Below are positions 54,270-64,000 of a DNA stretch of 64,000 nt, piece by piece. How positions within the stretch are numbered: position 1 is the stretch's first letter; every line of letters starts with the position of its first letter. A program made the translations under genes and the position numbers. Origin of the DNA: Felis catus (taxonomy: Eukaryota); NCBI RefSeq assembly GCF_018350175.1, contig NC_058368.1, positions 178,810,001 to 178,874,000 of the forward strand, in the 5' to 3' direction. The notes below the pieces were generated by a model, which saw only the letters and a list, made by a program, of their open reading frames with translations, had not been told where the DNA came from and did no database searches.

Positions 54270-56019
54270 AGGGCCTGGTTTATAGGTAGGCTCGTTGTAA
54301 TTATAATACTTACATGATCAGTTGGTGCTAAACACTAGGGCTAATACAAGACACCACTCCACTGGCTTTTGTTAAAATAGAACCAGCAAAGCATTCTGCA
54401 CATGGCAAGTGCTCCAAAATATTGGCTGCAGTGATAATGATATTGATACAATCTACAGAACCTGAGAAATGAAGCCTTAGTGAACCCATCTGCAAAAGAG
54501 GTACCCCCTGTACCCATTGCAGAGACCTAGTAGTAAAGGTTACATAAGATGATCTTTTTAAAGGGCATGGATCTCTGTAAGGGCTCAAAAGCACTGGCTA
54601 TATATATTGATTCCTTTGGTAGCAGAGGAAATAGTACAACCTGGCTCCTTGAGTGCTCAGGGCTATTATTATAAGATGACAAGCCCCTATAAGGAGCAGA
54701 TGGTGGGGGGAACTTTGCTGCACAAACTTATCCACTTTCAGCCCCCTCTCAACACTGACTAGCAAAAGAAGGGTAACACTAGCTAGAGAAATCACTCACC
54801 ATTGAGACTTTCATCCTTAATTCAAAGATATTCATTGGAGGTTTCAGATGGCCAAGACTAAGTAAAAGGCAGCTTTACCCTTGATAACATCATTACTGCT
54901 GCCCAGAGTGTTGCTTTCAAATGGGCTTATGCTTCCAGTTTCAGAAAGAAGAAAACAAGTATTTCATTTTTACCATGGGCCAGGCACTTTCCCATACATC
55001 CCTCCTTTCATCTCTTAAAACCTGGTAGCTATCATTAGTCCCATTTTACAGATGAAGATAATGAGGCTTGGAGGGGTTAGGTATTTTTCCAAAGGTCACT
55101 CAGTTTGTTATATATACAGTAGATCTGGAATTTGAACTCAGGCCTTCTGATCAAAGTTGAGGACTCTTTCTACACACCATGGTCAGTCTTTGCCTGAAGA
55201 TGCATTAATACATTTTTTTATTGAACACCTTCTACATGCTAGGCATTGTCGTCATGTGGGCATAGGGAGTGCACATACACAGACAGCAGTCCCTACCCCC
55301 GTGGGGCTCACATTCTGTGGGCAGAAAAAGTTTTTCTTTTTTGAAATTTATCTCCCAGGGTCCGAAAGACCAAGTCGCTCCTGGAGTACAAAGAAGCAAA
55401 CTACTGGCTTGTGGAGTCCATCAAGTCAACTCTCCACACAGAGACCAGAGGATCTTCTTAAAACAAGGTGGGTTCAAAAAAAAAAAAAAAAAACCAAGGT
55501 GGGTTCTATCACTCCCTTCCTCAACATCCTTCAAAGACTTCCCATAAGAATCACATCTCAAGCTCTCTTGTTTCCGTAGTAACACTGCTTATCCAAACAC
55601 ACTATACAGGTCAGTTTTCCCGGCCACTCTGGCTGTCCTTCCTCCTGGTGCCCCCATGACTTGAAGGTTCTGAAAATGTGTTGCTTTGGTCTGCCTAAGC
55701 ACAGCTAATACCTCCCCCCCATTTAAGATCAGATGGAACAACAATCCAAGGAAACAGAAAACCCGTCAAAGGGCATGGAAAGTGTTATTTTGAAGGTGAT
55801 AAATTCCTGATTTCAGGAAATTTCCATAAGAATAATTAGGGCACAATAAGAACAAAGATAGGACAAAGTAAGTTGAATTGCTATTACTTTCAAAAACCAT
55901 TCCAGAAGTGTCCCCTCAACACATCTGGAACACACAGACACGTCAAATCTAGAGCCTCTTGCTAGCCTCTGTCCTGACTTAGTCCTTCAAAAATGTTTTC
56001 TCTGCCACCCCATTCCTGT

Positions 56020-56505
56020 TATATATAATCCATATATCATAACATTCACTTTTTAGAGTATAGAATTCAATAGTTTTCAGTATATTCACAAAAGGTAATA
56101 CAACCATCCCCACTATTAGCAGTCATTCCCCATTCTTGTCTCCCCCTTAGCCCCTGGAAATCACTAATCTACTTTCTGTCCCTGTGGATTTGCTCAATCT
56201 GCCATTTCATAGAAAGGGAATAATAAAATATGTAACCTTTCATGTCTGGCTTCTTTCACTAAGCATAATGTTTTTCAAGGTTCATCTGTGCTGTCACATG
56301 TATTAGTACTTCACTTATTTTTACTGCTGAATACTAATTTATCATATGGATATACCACATTTTACTTACCCATTCATCCATTGACTGACATTTGTGTGGT
56401 TGCCACATTTTGGCTATTATGAATAATGTATCTATGAATTTCTACATACAAGTGTTTGCGTGGATGTATGTTTTCAATTCTGTGGGGTACATGCTTAGAA
56501 GTGAA
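56020..56505 (-). mobile_element. Old L1 (L1MA/MB-like) 3' fragment
   Basis: actaatctactttctgtc...tggcttctttcactaagcataatg...tttggctattatgaataatg. Confidence 0.85.
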
Positions 56506-57327
56506 CCTGATTTTCCTTTGTCTTCCCTCCTTGAAGATCTTTGTGGGTTATGAGATCATAGATCCTATGCCTCTTTTTTCTTAGTAGATCAGAAATGTGC
56601 CCCTAAGTATCTCATCCACAGGCCCAGCCCATTTTTGCTCAGAGAGCTATGTGGAACGAATTTTGGAACTGAGGGAAGTCTGTCATGGTGAGTGGCTCTA
56701 TGCAATAACCTGAGAGGTGAGCAGTGGCCAAAGCAGACATTTCTGGGTGCTCATAATGCCTCTGCTCTGGACCTTCCTTGTCTTTTGCTCCTAAAGAACC
56801 AGGACAAAATGCAATAACATGGCTTTTCAGGCCTCATTCAATTTCCAGTGTTTTCTCCCTCAATAAAGTGCCTATTCCAAGGGGGCTGATCTGCTCAGAC
56901 TCCATAGACACAACATGAGCATCTTGGCCTCCTTGGCTTGGCTCATCTATTGTACCTAAGTTCTATTCTTTCATCAAAGCCCCGTTCAAGACCCACTTCT
57001 TTCACAAAGCCTTCTCAGATGGCACATCGGGTCTGCTCAACCCTTCCGAATTTGAGTAGCTCTTAGTATGTGCAACCACAGATTTGGGTCTACTGTTCTA
57101 CACCTACCCTTGTGCTCTACTCACATTCCGTGACAATATCATCCAGTGGTAGTGAAGAAAATACAAGCATCAGTGTCTCATGGACTACGATGTGAATACC
57201 AGTTCTATCTCTTACTAGCTGGGTTGCCTTTAGCTACTTATTTGACTTCTGAACCTCATTTTCCTTACCTGTAAAATGGAAGAAAATAATGGTAACTAAC
57301 AGAATGGATTGTTGTTAAGTGCTAGGT

Positions 57328-57779
57328 ATCAACTGATGAGTGGATAAAGAAATTGTGGTTTATATGAACAATGGAATACTATTTGGCAATGAGAAAGAAT
57401 GAAATATGGCCTTTGGTAGCAACATGGATGGAACTGGAGAGTGTTATGCTAAGTGAAATAAGTCATACAGAGAAAGACAGATACCATATGTTTTCACTCT
57501 TATGTGGATCCTGAGAAACTGAACAGAAGACCATGGGGGAGGGGAAGGGGAAAAAAAAAGGTTAGAGAGGGAGGGAGCCAAACCATAAGAAACTCTTAAA
57601 AACTGAGAATAAACTGAGGGTTGATGGGGGGTGGGAGGGTGGGGAGGGTAGGTGATGGGTATTGAGGAGGGGCACCTGTTGGGATGAGAACTGGGTGTTG
57701 TATGGAAACCAATTTGACAATAAATTTCATAATAAGTAAAGTAAAATAAAATAAAATAAAATAAAATAAAATAAAATAA
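57328..57779 (+). mobile_element. Young felid-type L1 3' end with (TAAAA)n tail, inserted in a MIR
   Basis: Very similar to the reverse complement of ~3900-4295. Confidence 0.95.
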
Positions 57780-58379
57780 TATGCACATGAAATCATCCAC
57801 CACAGGCTTGGCACATGTCAGGTGCTCAGTAAATGGAGTGGTGGCATTGTCCATGGTGCTAGTCATAGATTATTTGTCTGTCCTGTCTTTCCAAATGTAA
57901 GCTCCACAAGCACCAAGGATCTTGTCTTCTACTTATGTGTATCCCTAATGCCATATTCAGCACAATGGCTTAAATGTAGCTGGGTGCTAGAAAATATTTA
58001 TTTATTGATCACCATATTGTTAGAAAAATTCTCCCATTGTTTCAAAAGGTTCTAGATTTTTCTTTCCTCCCTGTCCAACTGCCTGGTGGCATGTCTATTA
58101 AGTACCCAGCTCAGCTGGCTCAGGCAAGCCACAGAGGCTTTAGTCAAACATATGGATCTTTCTTCCCTGGGGGAAGAGTTGAGGTGGCTTCTGATCGGAA
58201 ATTTAATATTTTGAAATAATAGGACAATAGAAAGTTACAACTAGAATAAATTTAAGGGTCATCTGATTGAACTCCCTTATTTCACAAATTTAAGTAAACA
58301 GTGAGATCCACATAAATGACCCCCCAAAGTCATACTGCTAGCGGGTATAACTAGAATTTAGTTACTTTCAATTAACTCT

Positions 58380-58920
58380 CAAAAAATTATAAGTGTAATA
58401 TACACATGGCAAAAAAAATGGTATAAAAGATTAAATGATAAAAAGTAATTTTCCATACTACTTGGACCCTAGTCTAATTCCTCAGAAGAAAATTTTTTTA
58501 ACACTTTCCTGGATATCCTAAAAATCTTTTTATGTATAAACAAACATGTATAGACATTTTTTTTAAAAAAAGTAGTCTGCTGTACCTTGCTTTTTTCTCT
58601 CATCAATATTTCTTGCCTATGTTTCCACATTAGCCTGTACAGATCTACTTCTCTCTCTTTTATTGCTGTATGGTATTCTTCTATAAGTATATACTTTAAT
58701 TTTAACCAATTACCTGTTTATAGGCATTCAGATTAACTCCAACTTTTTTTTCTTTGGCAGCAGTGCTGTAATCAACATTTTGTTTATACATCTTTATGCA
58801 TGAGAGACTATAATGTAGTAAACATTCTGAGATCTGGAACTGTTAAGAGACAAGGTCTACATAGATTTTGTTGTTTGTTGTCTTTGTTGTTTGTTTTAAT
58901 AGACACTGTAAGGTTGCCTT
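58380..58920 (-). mobile_element. Old L1ME-like fragment
   Basis: gctgtatggtatt...ggcattcagatt...aaacattctgagatctggaactgt motifs. Confidence 0.55.
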
Positions 58921-59119
58921 CCAGGGTTCCACTCCAGTTATCAGCTCCATTTTCATGGGCAAGTTGCCCTACCTCTCTGAGGCTCAGTTTCCTCATCTGG
59001 AAAGATGAAGCTAATAGTATGTAAAGGGAGGTAATTATAAGGGCCAAATGAGGAAATCACTGCCTAGAAAACTCCTACTTCATCTTGCAATCCCAGTTCA
59101 AAAATCACTTCCTAAGTGG

Positions 59120-59157
59120 GCATTGGTCATATAATGGTGAGCATAGCTGCCTTCCAA
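59120..59157 (+). pseudogene. Tailless 5'-half tRNA-Gly(TCC) retrocopy
   Basis: 34/38 match to recalled tRNA-Gly-TCC nt 1-38, ending just after the anticodon; flanked by a direct repeat. Confidence 0.85.
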
Positions 59158-60417
59158 ATATCACTTCCTGGGGAAGCCTTCCCAATGTGCCCTGTCTAAA
59201 GCAGATCCACCCATTCACCTTCATTACACCCTGCTCACAGGATTTTTGACATGTTTTAAGTTGAACTTATTTATTTCCTGTCTCTTCTAATGGATGTGAG
59301 CATCCTGCAGGCAAGAACCCCCTCTTTTTATTCACTGTTGAATATCCAATATGCAGTGTTGTGTCTAACCCAGCACATGCTCAGGAAATATTTGTTGAGC
59401 AAGTTCACTAATAAGCCCAGCACTCCCTGTGCATTCTTGTTAATTTGGGAATTTGGGAGTGATTTTGGGAGTAAAAGCCTCCAATCATGGATTCAGGTTA
59501 GGAACATCATGTCAGAGGTAGTCTAGAGTCCTCAAGCTGAAGCAGGTATGGCCAAAGAAGCTATCCCCAAGCATGCGACCATCTTTTGGTGTGGGGAAGT
59601 TGTCCCCCCAGGATCTTCCCTGGGTGGGAAGTACTCTGGCGGGGGGGGTACAGTGGGCCTCTTCAAGCCTTCAATGGGTGCTCTCCATGTGTGTGTATAC
59701 TCTCTCACACTTTTTTTTTTTTTTTTTTTTTTTGGCCATTACTAGTTACATTGCCTTTATAAAGACCAAGCCTGCTTTTAGTCCTTCACTAATGACTGGA
59801 AGTATCCTTTTCATTTCATAGGGTCTACAGTACAGGTTCAAAAATGATCCCAAGGTGATCTGGTGCCCAGAAGCTGATCCAGAAATGCCTCAAGGCCAAG
59901 GCTGGAATTACCAAATGCAGAGCCAATTACAGTTTCCCAAGTAGAGAGAATGTTCTTAGTAGTAATCAGACAGCTGCCTAAGAGAGAAACAATCTTCCCA
60001 GGGCCAAAGAGCACATCTGAAGTGTAGCCACGGATTCCTGGCCAATCAGAGTACCCAATATGGAGAATCTAATCCCACAGCCAATCAGTGTAGAGCTCTC
60101 TATCCCAGATTCCAGCAAGAGCTAACTAGGGCAGACAGTGTTTCTGAAGCTAAATAGAGCTGTCTCCTAGATTTGAAAGGCACTCTGTTTTTAAGAGACA
60201 GTGCAGAAGAGTGGAAAGGGCCTGGGACTTGCACACAGGACTGGAATTGAATTCCAGCAGCTCCTGCTTAGCGGCTAGATGACCTTTAACAGAAAAGTCA
60301 ACCACTTCTCTGAAGCTCAGTATATTCACCAGTAAACTGGGTATATCCCAACCTAACAGGGTTACGGTGAGGATGAAAATGCCCTAAGTAGATGCTTAAT
60401 AAAAGTTAGTCATCTTT

Positions 60418-60623
60418 GGGGCACCTGTGTGGCTCAGTCAGTTAAGCATCCAACTCTTGGCTTCAGGTCATGGTCTCACAATTTGTGGGATTGAGCCCCA
60501 CGTTGGGCTCTGTGCTGGTGGTGAAGCCTGCTTGGGATTCTTTCTCTCCCTCTCTCTCTGCCTCTCTTGCACATTTTCTCTCTCTCCCTCTCTCTCAAAA
60601 ATAAATATATAAACTAAAAAAAA
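60418..60623 (+). mobile_element. Can-SINE
   Basis: Perfect TSD aaaagttagtcatctt at 60401-60416 and 60624-60639. Confidence 0.95.
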
Positions 60624-63600
60624 AAAAGTTAGTCATCTTCAAAAGCTTGGATGCTAGAAGATGGATTTACAGCCTACTATATGACTCTAAGATCCCTGAG
60701 GGCAGAGCAGTGCTCTGCTCTGCTTCTGAGTTCCTCATAATGTGTTGCAGTAGTCCTGGACCCATGAGAATTGCTCTTAAACAGAATTCCTTGCTGAGTT
60801 GAACTTGAAATCCTCCCTTGGTCTTCCCTGACCATTCAAATGCATGTAAATGCCAAGGCCCAGCCTCCTGAACAGGGCTTGGGAATGCAAATTATTTTAG
60901 CCTCAGGCAGAAAACATAATTTCTATAATTCCCAGGTCTTGTCACCCACAGAGTGGCACCCACAGAGCTTCTTGCTTTTTGCCCTTTGTATCATAAAACC
61001 GCAGTTCCAGAAAAGATATTAGAGATAATCTCATTGCACCTACCCCTCCTCTGGACAGTGGCTGCCAAGGCCAGCAGCGCTTAGTGATGGATGCTGTTCC
61101 TGCTGATATTAAATGCATAATTAATGAAACCATAAGAAGGAAACAAGGCATGTTCCAGGCAGGGTACAGAGAACAAATCCATTCTCGCACGGGGTGAGGA
61201 GAAGGTAGGAGAACAAAGATAAGGTTGAAAAATGATCCTGTTCTTGAATACTTTTTAACAAATATCTATGGAAGTCTCATTAGGAAAAGAGACTTATTTC
61301 ATTCTGTAATGTTGGCCATTTTTCTGTTTTATGAAACTCTGTGGGTATGACAGCCCTAGGCAATGTGTGGGACTGGAAAGATGCCTTACCACTATCCTGT
61401 TTACCAAGGACTGACATTGAGTTCCTAGATTTGACATATTTTAGGGCCATCACGTCAAAATGATGACCATTATTATAATAAGCTAACATTTTATTAAATT
61501 GCTACCATGTTCCTGGTAGTGTTCTAAGTGCTTTACATGAATTAGTTCACTTAATCCCCTCAAAAATCCAATGAGGCAGCTATTATTAGTATTTTAATTT
61601 GATATTGAAGAGACTGAGGCACAGAGGAGTGAAGTAATTTGCCTAAAGTCACACAGCTCATAAGCTCAAACCTTCTATGTATGAAATCCCCACTTCTCTG
61701 GGCATCTCTCAGATGCAGATTCTTTTTCAGGAAAACAGGATAAAACCTAAAATAATGGCATGAGGGACAGGAGCTGCACTTCTCTTGGAAAGTATCCCCT
61801 AAGGCCATGGAGGAGAGCCAGAGTCGGGGAAACCAGGTCTGAGGCTGTCATTGCCACCACCCACGGAAAGAGATGGACGGACTAGCTGGCAGTTCTATGG
61901 CCTAAACACTGCCTCACTGCTGGCCTCTAGGTATGTTACTCCAAGCTGCCCCTCCAAAAAAGCAATGACCTTATTAGCTTCCTGGAACACACTCGTACCT
62001 GAAGCCTGCAGGCATCTGGTTCACATTTGGAAGGGAATCAAACACTTCTCCTGATTCAAAACAGCCAAAGTGACATGTTTTGTTTCCATGTCAGAGATTT
62101 ATAACTCTCAGCCAGAACCTCTCCATGAACCCAGTGCGGGGGTGACTCCCTATCTAGCACATGACTGTGGTGATCTGCAGCTGTGATGTCAGCCACTGCT
62201 GTGCTTTGGGCCCAACTCCTCGCTGACATGCTGTGACACTTCAGGCTATCTGCTTATCACCTCTGAGTCTCAGTTCCCACATCCTTCCAGCAGAAAAAGT
62301 ACTAGTAAGAGTAACTAACTTGTAGTGTAGTGGTAAGGGCTGAGAAAGATAATGCCCATAGAATGCTTCCCATGAGATCTGCACATGTAAGCCATCAGAA
62401 AATGGCAGCTACTCTTTTTATCATCATTATCATAATAGCTCAGTTGCCTAATTTGAATGCAAGGTAGTGGGAGAGAATCTTATTCAAAGATAATGTTTAT
62501 TAAATACTTATAGGATAACTCTTTCCAACAGAGTGGACCTTGTAGCCCTCCACCCAGGCATCATCTCCCCAAGGAGGCCTACTATGCATTGGGCACAGAG
62601 CGTAGAGTCTGTGAGTATAAGGTCTTTACACTCATGAAACTTACACTTTACTGGAGGAAAGAGAAAAAAAAATGTGCATGGAGACAAATAAAAAAGATAA
62701 TTTCAAATAACATTTAGTGCTATGAAGAGACTACAACAGGCTAAGTGGTAATACATAAAAACCATGGGACCAGCGGGGAACCCTCAAAGGGGCTCAGTCA
62801 GGGGAGAAAGCATTTGAATGGAGACTGGTAAAACCTTACAGTGAATTCTCCCAGCAAGCCCCCTGACACATTCCAATTCTGCAAAAACCCTATGAAACAG
62901 AAAGAGTAGGTATTATGAACTTCTTACAGATGAGCCAACTGAGGCATGGAGACAGCCCAGGCCTTGTCTGAAGCTGCACATCTAGTCATAGGCCAAAGCC
63001 CAGCTAAGAAATGAACACCCTAGATGAGCAGGCAGAAAATACCATTGCCTCAGCTCACCGGCTACTTGCTAAACTTGCATGCAAGAGATCCTGGGGGTCA
63101 GGGGTTTCCCCAGAGGAGGGATCCCCTTTCAGGGACCTTCTCTCTCACATCTCCAGAGGTAGCAATCTGGACTTTTCCCTAAGGCTTTGAGGAATTGTCT
63201 CTTCTTGCCTACGCCTTGAGCAGATGTGGCACTCTGCTTGCCCCAGGGATGTGTTTTGAGACCCTCACATCTCACAGAGGCCCCAGGGATTGTCTGAACC
63301 CAAAAAGTGACTTCTGAAGGAATCATGAAATGTACTGTGAGCTTTGTGAGCTTTATTTTTCAGTGTGAGTGGCTGCTTTTCTAGGCTCCGGTGAATAGAA
63401 AACTACAAGAATGTGATACATTTCTAAAAGGTGGTACCCACTCTGACAATGGATGAACGCAAATCTCCTCTTTAGCATAAGATACATTATACAGTCACAT
63501 TTGCATATGCTGCTCAGTTAATGACTATTTAATCAAGGGCCTGGTTCTAAACCCTCAGCTTCAATCAAGGGCCTGGTTCCCTCCTTGCCCACACCCGTCT

Positions 63601-63730
63601 GTGGAAACCCCCAGAGGCACTGGCATACCTTATGTGTGCTTCGAGATGTGTTTGATGGTAGCAATCAGCCCAAGATGCTAGAGCCGCCTTGCCAGGGCAC
63701 CCCAAGCACACCATGGTGCCTCACACTCAC

Positions 63731-63809
63731 CTGGAACTCAAAGTTTGTGTGTTCCAGGAACTTCTGATTCATGGTTTCTGCAAACTTGTTGATCGCTCTC
63801 AGGAAGACC
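63731..63809 (-). CDS. DOCK2: DOCK2 coding exon (~human exon 30), (R)[26 protein letters not shown]
   Basis: 79 nt; acceptor ccctcttccAG, donor GTGAGT; peptide matches recalled DOCK2 sequence; phase 2 to 0. Confidence 0.97.
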
Positions 63810-64000
63810 CTGGAAGAGGGGAGAAGGTCACTAGGCCATCTCAGCATGCTAGGTCAAGCATCCCTCCCCATCTTCCAGACCAAAGTTCCCTCAGGGAGGG
63901 GCTCAAAGACCCAAAGAAGAGGTCAGCTGACCCACCTGCTCATACAGTAGACCTGGGGCCATGTTTGCTCTGCAAGAACTTAAGAACTAACCATTTGACT

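Overview
Mammalian genomic DNA from a feliform carnivore, probably a felid, judged from the felid-type Can-SINEs and L1 3' UTRs. The whole window lies inside DOCK2 on the minus strand. Fifteen consecutive coding exons (1474 nt in total, all GT-AG, splice phases mutually compatible, no stops) encode about residues 998-1489 in human numbering, corresponding to human exons ~30-44 (numbering from memory). This covers the end of the armadillo/helical region and the N-terminal part of the DHR-2 Rac-GEF domain. The rest is intronic: 12 Can-SINEs, young and old L1 fragments, MIR/L2, hAT/Tigger MITEs, MaLR LTRs and microsatellites. Most ORFs in the supplied track are chance or repeat-derived. I found no prokaryote-type or wholly new gene system. 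The most interesting non-obvious items are a U12 (minor-spliceosome) intron in the DHR-2 region, a tailless half-tRNA-Gly retrocopy, a twin-primed L1 joining ORF1 to the 3' end, the apparent degenerate orthologue of the human miR-378e locus, and several immune-type transcription-factor motif clusters. Repeat family names and cross-species comparisons come from recalled consensus sequences and need confirmation with RepeatMasker/Dfam and BLAST.
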